Shown: piece by piece, positions 44,739 to 54,588 of the stretch | How positions within the stretch are numbered: position 1 is the first letter of the stretch | How the letters are laid out: the number at the start of each line of letters is the position of its first letter | DNA from: an uncultured Planctomycetota bacterium | Lineage (GTDB): Bacteria > Planctomycetota > Planctomycetia > Gemmatales > Gemmataceae | Reading direction: 5' to 3' | Length of the DNA: 64,000 nt | Assembly: GCA_963849325.1 (NCBI GenBank) | Contig: CAWKHF010000006.1 | Coordinates: forward strand, 576,001 to 640,000 | Position numbers and translations under genes: made by a program | The notes under the pieces: model-generated | Told to the model about the DNA's origin: nothing | What the model saw: the letters and a program-made list of their open reading frames with translations, nothing else | Databases searched by the model: none

Positions 44739-45667
44739 CTGGTCCACGGATTACGATAGTCCGTGGAAGGAAGCGCTGGATGCGTATTTCGAGCCGTTCC
44801 TGGCGCTGTTGTTCCCGCAGGTCCATCGCCAGATCGACTGGTCGCGCGGCTACGAGTCGCTGGACAAGGAGTTTCAGCAAGTGGTGCGCGAGGCCGAGGT
44901 CGGCCGCCGTTACGTCGATAAGCTGGTCAAGGTCTGGACGAAGGAGGGCGTCGAGTGCTGGGTGCTGATCCACGTCGAAGTGCAGACGACGCGCGACGCC
45001 GACTTCCCTCAGCGCATGTACGTCTACAATTACCGCGTCTTCGACCGTTACAATAGGGCCGTGGCCAGTTTGGCGGTGCTGGCCGACGACGATGCCGACT
45101 GGCGGCCGGCGGATTTTTCCAGCAACCTGTTCGGCTGTGAGGCCGGCATCCGCTTCCCGGTGATGAAGTTGTTGGACTTCGCGGCCCACGAGGCCACGTT
45201 GGAGGCAAGCAGCAACCCGTTCGCCCAAGTGGTGCTGGCCCATCTGAAGGCGCGGGAGACGCATGGCGATCCCGCCAGCCGGTGCGACTGGAAGATCCGC
45301 TTGGTGCGCAACCTGCTTGAGCGCGGCTTCACCCCGAAGGACGTGCGCGAGCTGTTCCGAGTCATTGACTGGCTCATGGAATTGCCGCCGCCGTTGGCGA
45401 CTGTGTTTCGGCAAGAGATCGAGAAAATGCAAGAGGAGAAACGTATGCCGTACATTACGAGTATTGAACGCTTTCGGGCTCCGCTGGGGAATGTGCCGCG
45501 GTATCGAAACGCTGTTGCATATGCGCTTCGGTGCGGAGGGGCTTAAGCTCATGCCCGAGATCCGCGAGATTCATGAAGAAGAGACGCTGGAAGCGATCCT
45601 CCAAGCCCTGGGAGCGGGGGTCAGCCTTGAGGACGTGCGCCGGGTATGGTTGCCGGGAACGCCTTGA
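44739..45667 (+). CDS. Rpn-like family A copy 2 (indels near 44741 and 45475)
   Basis: Near-identical core to copy 1; tail matches copy 3. Confidence 0.75.
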
Positions 45668-45693
45668 GCCGAACGTGAATGCGGGAGGATCCG

Positions 45694-45858
45694 ATGGCTT
45701 TATCCGTGGAGCGAATCTGCAACGAGTTGAACCGCAAGGGATTGTTGCCCCCTTCCCATATCCGCCATCTGCATCAGCGCTGGCTGCGCGAGGCCGGCGC
45801 GTCCGCCAGCGATGCCGTCCTGTCCGGCAAGTTGTTGGAGCACCACGGCCACGTCACC
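45694..45858 (+). pseudogene. 5' fragment of the kinase gene (copy 2)
   Basis: MALSVERICNELNRKGLLPPSHIR...HGHVT, then breaks off. Confidence 0.8.
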
Positions 45859-45887
45859 ACCTGCGACACCGCCAGCAAATCGGGGCG

Positions 45888-46733
45888 TCAGGCGAGCAGC
45901 GCTTCGCGGAATGCTTCCAGGTCGGGGCACTGCGCCGCGAGAACATTGAGCGCGGTTAACCTCTCCTCGTCGAGGATTTCGCGGAGCAGCCGCGTCACGT
46001 CCCGCGGCACGGAGCCGAAGCGGGCCTTCAGGACTTTCTCGATGGCCTTGTGCATCTTCTCCGCGAACCATTTCTGTAGCAGCGGCGATTCAAACATGGC
46101 CTGTTGCCCTCCAAAAATATCGGCCAGAAGCGGCAGGGGGAACTTCAACTCCCCGAACACCTGCGACACCACCAGCAAATCGACCCGATCCTTGGGATGG
46201 GCCTCGCGTTCGATCTTGTCGGCGCAGCGCTCCAGCAGCGACTCGGGCGGGCCGTCGAAGTGCATCAGCGGCACCCACGGCGTCACGCCGACGTCGCCTT
46301 GGGCCAGGAACTCCTCCGCGGACAGGGTCCACAGCTCGACCGGCTTCCACTCGGCCTCCAGCCGCGACAGCCCCAGCTTGCTCCGAACCTCATGCCGGCC
46401 ACTGATCCGGAACCTCCCCTTCGGTCGCAAAACCAGCATCAGCAGCTCCGGGAGGGAACCCAGCGTCTGGTACGATAACGTCAAATCGTCCAGCGCCTGC
46501 TGCAAGGCCCGCTCCTCCGGGTAGGTGGCGACCTCGATCAAGACGTGGTGCGGCTTCCGCTGGCCGGCGAGATAGACACGGAGAAGGCCATCGGGGTACT
46601 TGCGGTTCTGGACGATCTCGCCCGGCAACGGCTCGATGCGGCGCACGTCCTTGAAGCCGCCGACGAGGAGGGCGCCTTTGCCCTGATGGTGCAGCAGCCA
46701 CTTGCTGCCGATGTCAAAACGCTGCGGCGGCAT
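45888..46733 (-). CDS. Rpn-like family B copy 2 (intact)
   Basis: 281 aa; YPDGLL...LIEVATY; tail differs from copy 1. Confidence 0.8.
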   Translation of the reverse strand: MPPQRFDIGSKWLLHHQGKGALLVGGFKDVRRIEPLPGEIVQNRKYPDGLLRVYLAGQRKPHHVLIEVATYPEERALQQALDDLTLSYQTLGSLPELLMLVLRPKGRFRISGRHEVRSKLGLSRLEAEWKPVELWTLSAEEFLAQGDVGVTPWVPLMHFDGPPESLLERCADKIEREAHPKDRVDLLVVSQVFGELKFPLPLLADIFGGQQAMFESPLLQKWFAEKMHKAIEKVLKARFGSVPRDVTRLLREILDEERLTALNVLAAQCPDLEAFREALLA

Positions 46734-46833
46734 GGCAAACCTCCGTGTCTCTGCTTGATTAGACCGCCGGAGCGCGAGGAAGTCGAGAGCGTTTGCCAGG
46801 CATAGGCAAGAGAGCTAATAAGTATAAAGGAGA

Positions 46834-47766
46834 GTGTCCTTGCCCACCGATTACGACAGCCCGTGGAAGGAAGCGCTGGACGCTTACTTCGAGCCGTTCC
46901 TGGCGCTGTTGTTTCCGCAGGTACACCGGCAAGTCGATTGGTCGCGCGGCTACGAGTCGCTGGACAAGGAGTTTCAGCAAGTGGTGCGCGAGGCCGAGGT
47001 CGGCCGCCGTTACGTCGATAAGCTGGTCAAGGTGTGGACGAAGGAGGGCGTCGAGTGCTGGGTGCTGATCCACGTCGAAGTGCAGACGACGCGCGACGCC
47101 GAGTTTCCGCGACGCATGTACGTCTACAATTACCGCGTCTTCGACCGTTACAATAGGCCGGTAGCCAGCCTCGCCGTGTTGGCCGACGACGATGCCGACT
47201 GGCGGCCGACGGAATTTTCCAGCAATCTGTTCGGCTGCGAGGCCGGCATCCGCTTTCCGGCGGTGAAGCTGCTGGACTTCGCGGCCCACGAGGCCATGTT
47301 GGAGGCGAGCAGCAATCCATTCGCCCAGGTGATGCTGGCTCATCTGAAAGCACGGGAGACGCATGGCGATCCCGCCAGCCGGTGCGACTGGAAGATCCGC
47401 TTGGTGCGCAACCTGCTTGAGCGCAGTTTCACCCCGAAGGACGTGCGCGAGCTGTTCCGAGTTATTGACTGGCTCATGGAATTGCCGCCGCCGTTGGCGA
47501 CTGTGTTTCGGCAAGAGATCGAGAAAATGCAAGAGGAGAAACGTATGCCCTACATTACGAGTATTGAACGCTTTGGGCTCCGCCGGGGAATGTGCCGCGG
47601 TATCGAAACGCTATTGCATATGCGCTTCGGTGCGGAGGGGCTTAAGCTCATGCCCGAGATCCGCGAGATTCATGAAGAAGAGACGCTGGAAGCGATCCTC
47701 CAAGCCCTGGGAGCGGGGGTCAGCCTTGAGGACGTGCGCCGGGTATGGTTGCCGGGAACGCCTTGA
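46834..47766 (+). CDS. Rpn-like family A copy 3 (intact)
   Basis: 310 aa; same core motifs as copy 1. Confidence 0.82.
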   Translation: MSLPTDYDSPWKEALDAYFEPFLALLFPQVHRQVDWSRGYESLDKEFQQVVREAEVGRRYVDKLVKVWTKEGVECWVLIHVEVQTTRDAEFPRRMYVYNYRVFDRYNRPVASLAVLADDDADWRPTEFSSNLFGCEAGIRFPAVKLLDFAAHEAMLEASSNPFAQVMLAHLKARETHGDPASRCDWKIRLVRNLLERSFTPKDVRELFRVIDWLMELPPPLATVFRQEIEKMQEEKRMPYITSIERFGLRRGMCRGIETLLHMRFGAEGLKLMPEIREIHEEETLEAILQALGAGVSLEDVRRVWLPGTP

Positions 47767-47792
47767 GCCGGACGTGAATGCGGGAGGATCCG

Positions 47793-48863
47793 ATGGCTTT
47801 ATCCGTGGAGCGAATCTGCAACGAGCTGAACCGCAAGGGATTGTTGCCCCCTTCCCATATCCGCAATCTGCGTCAACGCTGGCTGCGCGAGGCCGGCGCG
47901 ACGGCGGGCGATCACGTCTCGTTCGTCAAGTGGCTCGTGCATCAGCGCCAGATCACCGACTACCAGGCGGACGTGCTGCTCCGCCGCCGCGAGGATCCCC
48001 TCGTCCTCGGATCGTACAAGTTGCGCGGACGCATCGGCCGCGGCCCCATGGCCGGCGTCTACGAGGCCGTCCATCCGCAAGGGCAGGCCGTCGCCATCAA
48101 GGTGCTGCCGCCGGCACGGGCGGCGGACCCGACGGTGCTGGCCCGCTTCCAGCGTGAAGCCCGCCTCTCCGGGCGTCTGCAGCACCCCAACGTCATCCGC
48201 ACCTTCGAGGCGGGCGAGCACCACGGCACCCATTTCCTGGTGATGGAACTCCTTCGCGGTGAGACACTGAAGGACGTTCTGCTGCGGCGCGGCCGACTGC
48301 CCGCGCCGGAAGCGGTTCGGTTGATCTACCAGGCGCTGCTGGGACTGCAGCACGTCCACGAGCAGGGGCTGATTCACCGCGATCTGGAACCGGCCAACCT
48401 GATGCTGGTGCCGGGCAGCGCGAGTCCGGCGGACACCACGCTCGGCAGCACGGTGAAGATCCTCGACATCGGCCTGGGACGCGCCCTGTTCGATGCCGGG
48501 TCGCCGGAAGGCGGTCCCGTCAACCTCACCCGTTCGAGCGATCAACTCGGCACACCGTTGTACTGCTCGCCGGAGCAGTCGAAGGATCCGCGACAGGCCG
48601 ACGTTCGCTCGGACATCTACAGTCTGGGGTGCGTCCTGCACCACGCGCTCGCCGGCCAACCTCCCTTCGAGGATCTCGGTCCGATCCGGCTCGTGCTCAG
48701 TCACGCCAGCGAACCGCCGCCCCGCCTGGCAACCCTGAATCTCCGCCTGCCTCCCGGACTCCAAGAGGTCATGGACATCATGCTGGCCAAGGATCCAGCC
48801 CTCCGCTTTCCGACGCCCGGCCAGGCCGCGCAGGAATTGCGACCGTTCCTGATGCTGAAATGA
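47793..48863 (+). CDS. Cytoplasmic Ser/Thr kinase-like protein (atypical motifs)
   Basis: GRGPMAGVY, VAIK, HRDLEPAN, DIGLG, SDIYSLG. Confidence 0.85.
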   Translation: MALSVERICNELNRKGLLPPSHIRNLRQRWLREAGATAGDHVSFVKWLVHQRQITDYQADVLLRRREDPLVLGSYKLRGRIGRGPMAGVYEAVHPQGQAVAIKVLPPARAADPTVLARFQREARLSGRLQHPNVIRTFEAGEHHGTHFLVMELLRGETLKDVLLRRGRLPAPEAVRLIYQALLGLQHVHEQGLIHRDLEPANLMLVPGSASPADTTLGSTVKILDIGLGRALFDAGSPEGGPVNLTRSSDQLGTPLYCSPEQSKDPRQADVRSDIYSLGCVLHHALAGQPPFEDLGPIRLVLSHASEPPPRLATLNLRLPPGLQEVMDIMLAKDPALRFPTPGQAAQELRPFLMLK

Positions 48864-49004
48864 GTGTCCTCATCCGTCCGGGTTGGCAAGTGGGGCTGCG
48901 GCAAGGAGAGGAGTGCCGTTGAGCTTGACTCCCTTCAACCCCTCTCCTACAAATGATCTATTATAATGCGATGGCCTTCTCCTCACATCTCCACGGAGGA
49001 TCGC

Positions 49005-49535
49005 ATGCGTGTTGCAACTCCATTGGCTCTCGCTCTTGTGTGTACTCCGGCCCTCGGCCGGGAGGCCGCCGAATCCAAGCCGTTCAACATTCTCGTTCAG
49101 CGCGAAAAGACGGCGGACAGTCTGATCGTCGGGAAGCTGTCGGTCAATGGCGAGGAAATCGGTCCCTGTTACGAGAAGGCCGCGAAGCACGTTCCGGCGG
49201 GAAAATACAAGGCCCATCTGCGCTACCAGTCCGGGAAGAACCACGTTCAAGGCCCGGGAGGAAAGCTCGGCAAGAAGGGCGACTTCCTCATCGAACTGGA
49301 CGATTTCACAGACAGGACGGGAAAGAAATGGAGCGTCGTACAGTTTCACGCAGGCAACAAGGCTGAGCACTCCGATGGCTGCATCCTCGGCGGCGCGGCG
49401 ACGAAGGATCGGAAGACCGGCGCGTGGATCGCTCCCGAGACGCTGCGGAAGATGCGTCTGCTTTTTTACGACGGCAAGGACAACCCGTCGGGCACGCCGG
49501 ACAAGGTGATTACGGTCGAAGTGAAAGACCCCTGA
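49005..49535 (+). CDS. Secreted DUF5675-like protein
   Basis: Signal peptide; GKLSVNG, VPAGKY, FHAGN...SDGCIL motifs. Confidence 0.7.
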   Translation: MRVATPLALALVCTPALGREAAESKPFNILVQREKTADSLIVGKLSVNGEEIGPCYEKAAKHVPAGKYKAHLRYQSGKNHVQGPGGKLGKKGDFLIELDDFTDRTGKKWSVVQFHAGNKAEHSDGCILGGAATKDRKTGAWIAPETLRKMRLLFYDGKDNPSGTPDKVITVEVKDP

Positions 49536-49657
49536 TCCTCATTCCTCGTGGAGAAACCCGTTAAGGTCTTTCCAGTCTCCGGACACTTTTCCCTTTTCCC
49601 CGTTTCGCCCCGGAATGCAGGCAGCGATCCCCTCCGGTCTCCGAGCGAGGGCGAGTC

Positions 49658-51082
49658 ATGGCCTATCAAACGACGATCCGCGGCGAACATTTTTCCTTCG
49701 CCGACCTGCGCGACGTGTTCGCGCGGGCCAACGAGGAGAAGTCCGGCGATCGCCTCGCCGGCCTGGCGGCACAGTCCGAGCGCCAGCGCGTCGCCGCCAA
49801 GATGGTCCTCGCCGATGTCCCGCTCGGCGACATTGTCGATCGCCCGCTTCTGGACCCCGACCAGGACGACGTCAGCCGCTTCCTCCTCGACACGCTCGAC
49901 GGCGAGGCATTCCGTCCGTTGCGGAGTATGACCGTCGGCGATTTCCGCGAATACCTGCTGGACGACGCGGTCGGCGAGGAGGAGATCCGTGCGCTGCAGC
50001 GAGCGATCCACCCCGACGTGGCAGCGGCGACGGCCAAGCTGATGGGCAACAAAGACCTCGTGCTGGCCGCGAGCAAGGTCCGCAACGTCACGCGCTGCCG
50101 CAACACGATGGGCCAACGCGGCGTACTCGGGGTCCGTGTGCAGCCCAATCATCCCGCCGACGACCTTGGCGGGATTCTGCTGGCGACGGTGGACGGCTTG
50201 CTGTACGGCTGCGGCGACGCCGTGCTTGGCGTCAACCCGGCCACGGAATCGGTCGAGACGGTGGCCGCCATCCTGCGCGGCCTGGACCGTCTCATCGAGA
50301 CGTTCGCGGTGCCGACGCAGGCGTGCTGCCTGGCCCACATCACAACGCAGCTCGCCGCCCTGGAGCGCGGCGCCCCGGTGGATCTGCTGTTTCAGTCGAT
50401 CGCCGGCACGCAGGCCGCCAACGCCGCCTTCGGTGTCAGCCTGTCGCTGCTGCGCGAAGGACGCCAGCGTGTGCGGGAAAGCCACCGCCGGCGAGACGTC
50501 GCCTGGGTCGGCGACGATGTGATGTACTTCGAGACCGGCCAGGGCAGTGCCCTGTCCGCCGACGCCCATCACGGCATCGATCAGCTGACGCTGGAGGCGC
50601 GGGCCTACGGCGTGGCTCGCGCCTTCGGGCCGTTCCTGGTCAACAGTGTCGTCGGCTTCATCGGCCCGGAGTATCTCTACGACGAGCGGCAGATTATTCG
50701 CGCCGGTCTGGAGGACCACTTCCTGGGCAAGCTGCTTGGCCTGCCGATGGGCGTGGACGTCTGTTACACCAATCACGCGGCGGCCGATCAGAACTCGGCG
50801 GACAATCTGTTGCTCTTGTTGGCGGCAGCGGGATGCAATTATGTCATGGGCGTGCCCTGCGCCGACGATGTGATGCTCAACTACCAGTCCACCAGCTATC
50901 ACGACGCCGCCAGCGTGCGCCAGGTGCTGGGACTGCGGCCGGCGCCGGAGTTTCTGGCGTGGCTGGAGGAGCGCGGCCTCTTCCGCGAGGGTCGGCTGGC
51001 GCACGGCGAGGAGGTGGGCAGGATACGCTTACTGGAAGGGATTGAGAGACTGCTGGAATATCAGGCCGGAGGCGTCCGATGA
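49658..51082 (+). CDS. eutB: Ethanolamine ammonia-lyase large subunit
   Basis: KSGDRLAG, QPNHP.DD, MYFETGQGSALS, NYQSTSYHD motifs. Confidence 0.96.
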   Translation: MAYQTTIRGEHFSFADLRDVFARANEEKSGDRLAGLAAQSERQRVAAKMVLADVPLGDIVDRPLLDPDQDDVSRFLLDTLDGEAFRPLRSMTVGDFREYLLDDAVGEEEIRALQRAIHPDVAAATAKLMGNKDLVLAASKVRNVTRCRNTMGQRGVLGVRVQPNHPADDLGGILLATVDGLLYGCGDAVLGVNPATESVETVAAILRGLDRLIETFAVPTQACCLAHITTQLAALERGAPVDLLFQSIAGTQAANAAFGVSLSLLREGRQRVRESHRRRDVAWVGDDVMYFETGQGSALSADAHHGIDQLTLEARAYGVARAFGPFLVNSVVGFIGPEYLYDERQIIRAGLEDHFLGKLLGLPMGVDVCYTNHAAADQNSADNLLLLLAAAGCNYVMGVPCADDVMLNYQSTSYHDAASVRQVLGLRPAPEFLAWLEERGLFREGRLAHGEEVGRIRLLEGIERLLEYQAGGVR

Positions 51083-51276
51083 AGGTGCGCGAGGTCATCA
51101 AGATCCTGCGGACGGACGGCTGGATCCAGATAACGACACGCGGCAGCCATCGCCAATTCAAGCATCCCACCAAGTCCGGTAAAGTGACCGTGGCAGGGAA
51201 GCCTTCCGTGGATATACCACCGGGCACGCTCAACAGCATCCTCAAACAGGCCGGATTGAAAGAAGGTGAACTATGA
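51079..51276 (+). CDS. hicA: HicA-family mRNA interferase toxin
   Basis: RGSHRQFKHP...VTV...GTLNSILKQAGL. Confidence 0.92.
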   Translation: MKVREVIKILRTDGWIQITTRGSHRQFKHPTKSGKVTVAGKPSVDIPPGTLNSILKQAGLKEGEL

Positions 51277-51530
51277 CGGCGAAATATACGGTGCTGATCG
51301 AAAAAGGAGAGCGGAGCTATGGGGCATACGTCCCGGACTTACCGGGATGCGTTGCCGCCGGCAAAACTCGGGGGGAAGTGGAACAGTTGATCCGCGAGGC
51401 GATCGAGTTTCACATCGAAGGCATGCTGCGCGGCGGGGATGCGGTTCCCGAAGCGACGACGCGGTACTGCGAGGTCGAAATCGACATGGACCGGATCGCG
51501 GCCCTCGCCAAAGAGGAGGCAAAGTCCTGA
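51273..51530 (+). CDS. hicB: HicB-family antitoxin (short form)
   Basis: YGAYVPDLPGCVAAGKT..E...IREAIEFHIEG. Confidence 0.9.
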   Translation: MTAKYTVLIEKGERSYGAYVPDLPGCVAAGKTRGEVEQLIREAIEFHIEGMLRGGDAVPEATTRYCEVEIDMDRIAALAKEEAKS

Positions 51531-52338
51531 ATGACGGAACCATCTCCTCCGGCGGAACGGAATCGACCGCCTTCCCCGCCTCCCGCGGAGTCGGTCGCCA
51601 CCATCCGCGCGGACGCCGGCGCGCATCCTCGTCGGCCGCGCCGGCCCTGCCTATCGCACGGCGACGCAGCTGGAGTTGCGACGCGACCACGCCGCCGCCC
51701 TCGATGCCGTTCATGCCGAAGTCGAGATGGAGCGCGACCTCGGCACCGAGTTGGTGCGGCAGTTCCAGCTGTTCGAGGTGCGGACGCGGGCCGGCTCGAA
51801 GGAAGAGTATCTGCGTCGGCCCGACCTTGGCCGGCGTCTGGACGAGGAGGCGCGGGAGGCGCTGCACAGCCAGTGTCCTGCCGGCTGCGCCGTGCAGGTT
51901 GCCGTCGGGGATGGACTCTCCGCTGCCGCCGTGACGGCGCAGGTGCCGCGCCTGCTGCCCCGGCTCGACGAGGAAGCGCGCCGGCGCGACTGGAGTTTCG
52001 GTCGGCCGTTCTTCGTCCGCCACTGTCGCGTCGGCGTGCTCAACGACATTGGCGACATTCTCGATCCCGAAGTGGTGATATTGCTGATTGGCGAACGCCC
52101 CGGACTGGCCACGGCGGAGAGCCTATCCGCCTATCTCGCCTACCGGCCGCGGCCCGGACATACCGATGCCCGCCGCAACCTGATCTCGAACATCCACGCT
52201 CGCGGCGTCGGTTCGGAGGAAGCGGCCCGGCGCATCATGGCCCTGGCCGAACAGATGCGGCGGCGACAACTCAGCGGCGTTGAGATCAAGGAAGAATGGC
52301 TTGGCCCCGCACCCCTCTCCGGTCCCTCACCCCAGTAG
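51531..52338 (+). CDS. eutC: Ethanolamine ammonia-lyase small subunit (frameshift near 51610)
   Basis: TPARILVGRAG after frame correction; YLRRPDLGR, DGLSA, IGERPGL, RNLISNIH. Confidence 0.9.
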
Positions 52339-52405
52339 CGATTTGACTGAGGCTCAGCCGCGAACTAGGCTTGTGTGAATCGTCCTACGGGGAGGGTCCG
52401 CCGTC

Positions 52406-52774
52406 ATGTCCTCGTTACTTCGCAGCAAGCTGTCCATCCTGGCTCAACGCCGCCTGCAGGTCGAGCGCCGCGGCGGCAAGCGCGTGGTGCCGGTCCATCG
52501 CACGCTCTGTCTGCTCCAGGAACCCGGCTCGCCCGAACGGACGACAGCCATCGTTCAGAACCTGTCGCTGCGGGGCGTCGGCGTGATGGTCGAGCGCGAG
52601 TATGCACCGGACACCGTCCTGCACGCGCTGCTCGTCAATGCCGCCCATACCTTCTCGGCGTCGGTGGACCTGAAAGTCGTCCGTTGCTCTCGTGGCCCCA
52701 ACAACCAGTTTTTCCTCGCCGGGCCTTTCGACCGGCCGCTGACCCATGCGGAAGTAATACCGTTCATCATCTGA
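52406..52774 (+). CDS. PilZ-domain protein
   Basis: ERRGGKR (RxxxR) and NLSLRG motifs. Confidence 0.7.
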   Translation: MSSLLRSKLSILAQRRLQVERRGGKRVVPVHRTLCLLQEPGSPERTTAIVQNLSLRGVGVMVEREYAPDTVLHALLVNAAHTFSASVDLKVVRCSRGPNNQFFLAGPFDRPLTHAEVIPFII

Positions 52775-52791
52775 GGACCAGCGGCGCACCT

Positions 52792-53376
52792 TCAGGCAGC
52801 GCGCTGCAACCGGAACAGGCTCGGCACCAGCGCCCACGTCCGCCGCCGCAGCGGCGCCACGCCTGCCGCCGCCGCGTGCAATTCATCCACCGAATAAAAC
52901 ACCTGTGGATCGAAGCGTCGGGCGAGGGTCAGCACCTTGTCCAGCTCCTTGCGCTTGATGACCGTGTAGACGATCTGTACCGGGCCGGTCGCGCCCTGGG
53001 CGTCGATGCGCGTGACGCCATAGTCCGCCGACCGCAGCGCGTCGATGAGCGAGCCGGCGTCCCGGTGCGTAATCATGCGCACGCCGACGCTGCCCATCGC
53101 CAACTTCTCTTCCAGCAGAATGCCCAGGAAATTGCCGAGCGTGAAACCGCCGGCGAAGGCCGCCGAACACGTCCAATCGCTGAGGTTCTTCATGACCTCG
53201 CCGATGGCGAACAGCCAAATGCTCACCTCGAACACGCCCAGCAGCGGCGCCAGGAACTTCATGCCGCGCGAGACGAAGATGGTGCGCATGGTCGAAATCG
53301 TCACCACGCACACCTCGGCGGCGAAGATGAACAACGGCAGCGAACCACTCGAACCGTACACGAACCGCCCTCCCAA
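52792..53376 (-). CDS. DUF2179/UPF0316-like membrane protein
   Basis: VTISTMRTIF, FEVSIWL.AI, GGFTLGN..G..LEEKLAMG, YGVT..DAQG motifs. Confidence 0.8.
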   Translation of the reverse strand: MGGRFVYGSSGSLPLFIFAAEVCVVTISTMRTIFVSRGMKFLAPLLGVFEVSIWLFAIGEVMKNLSDWTCSAAFAGGFTLGNFLGILLEEKLAMGSVGVRMITHRDAGSLIDALRSADYGVTRIDAQGATGPVQIVYTVIKRKELDKVLTLARRFDPQVFYSVDELHAAAAGVAPLRRRTWALVPSLFRLQRAA

Positions 53377-53531
53377 CGAGGAAACGAAGGGATCGTCTCA
53401 TAGAAAAATCGTCGGACGAACACAAGAGCAAAACCGTGTTTCTCCTTGCTCTGGCGTGAGAGGGGGAGTACCTTCCAGGAAGTTGGCGGTGGACATCGCT
53501 CGCGTCATCCGGAAACTCTGGAGGCGTCCTC

Positions 53532-54482
53532 ATGAACTCACTCGATCCCCCCGCGGAAGCGCCGGCCGACTCGGCGGCGCTGGAAGACTTTGTTGCGGCG
53601 CACACGGTCCTGGTGGTGGACGATTCGCCCATGGATCGCCACCTGGCCGGCGCCATCGTGCAGAAGGAGGAGGGTTGGCGGGCAACCTATGCCTGCAACG
53701 GCAAGGAAGCCCTGGAGGCGCTGCAACAGCAGACGCCCGACGTGGTGCTCACCGACATGCTCATGCCGGAGATGGACGGCCTGGAACTGGTGCAGGCCAT
53801 CCGCATCAAGCACCCGATGGTGCCGGTCATCCTCATGACGGCGCACGGCAGCGAGGAGCTGGCCATGCAGTCGCTGCGCAGCGGCGCCGCCAGTTATGTG
53901 CCCAAGAAGAGCCTGGCCCGCGACCTGGCCGAGACCCTCGACGGTGTGCTGGCCGGCAGTCAGGTCAATCGCCGCGAGCAGCGCATTCTCGACTGCCTGG
54001 TCCACCACGAGACCCACTACGTGTTGGAAAATGACGTGGCCATGGTCGCTCCGCTGGTCGGCCACCTCGAGCACCAGCTGGAGCGCATGCGCCTGTGCGA
54101 GCCGAGCGGACTGGTGTTGGTGGGCGTGGCCCTGCACGAGGCGATAACCAACGCCATCCTGCACGGCAACCTGGGACTCAGCTCGGACATGAGGGAGACG
54201 GACGAGAAGCAGTATTACCGGCTGGCCGCCGAGCGGCGGACGCAGCCGCCCTGGGGCCAGCGCCACGTCTTCGTCGCCGCCACCCTGACGGCACAGGAAG
54301 CCGTCTTCGTCGTCCGCGACGAGGGTGAAGGATTCGACCCGGAACTGCTGCCCGACCCGACCGACCCGGCCAACCTCGGCCGTGTCCACGGCCGAGGGCT
54401 GCTGCTGATCCAGACATTCATGGATCGCGTCGAGCACAACGCGCGCGGCAATCAAATCACGATGGTGAAGCGGCGGACGTGA
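53532..54482 (+). CDS. Response regulator with C-terminal RsbW-like HATPase domain
   Basis: VLVVDD...TDMLMPEMDG...MTAHG; EAITNAILHGN, DEGEGFD, GRGLLLI. Confidence 0.9.
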   Translation: MNSLDPPAEAPADSAALEDFVAAHTVLVVDDSPMDRHLAGAIVQKEEGWRATYACNGKEALEALQQQTPDVVLTDMLMPEMDGLELVQAIRIKHPMVPVILMTAHGSEELAMQSLRSGAASYVPKKSLARDLAETLDGVLAGSQVNRREQRILDCLVHHETHYVLENDVAMVAPLVGHLEHQLERMRLCEPSGLVLVGVALHEAITNAILHGNLGLSSDMRETDEKQYYRLAAERRTQPPWGQRHVFVAATLTAQEAVFVVRDEGEGFDPELLPDPTDPANLGRVHGRGLLLIQTFMDRVEHNARGNQITMVKRRT

Positions 54483-54485
54483 CCG

Positions 54486-54558
54486 CTCGTTTAGCCGCGA
54501 CGCGCAGCGGAGCGCGGACGTCTCGCCCGCGCTCCGCTGCGCGTCGCGGCTAAACGAG
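54486..54558. repeat. REP-like palindrome / possible bidirectional terminator
   Basis: 32-bp arms ctcgtttagccgcgacgcgcagcggagcgcgg and its complement between convergent genes. Confidence 0.8.
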
Positions 54559-54588
54559 GAGTTCGATAGAGCGGCGCCGGCGGACGGT

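Noticed and set aside
39973-48863. Complete DGR or retron system
   Set aside because: No reverse transcriptase motif and no AAC-rich template repeat in the window
49536-49657. Cobalamin riboswitch upstream of eutB
   Set aside because: No B12-box or other conserved riboswitch elements visible
49658-52338. Ethanolamine bacterial microcompartment locus
   Set aside because: No shell protein, eutA or aldehyde dehydrogenase genes nearby
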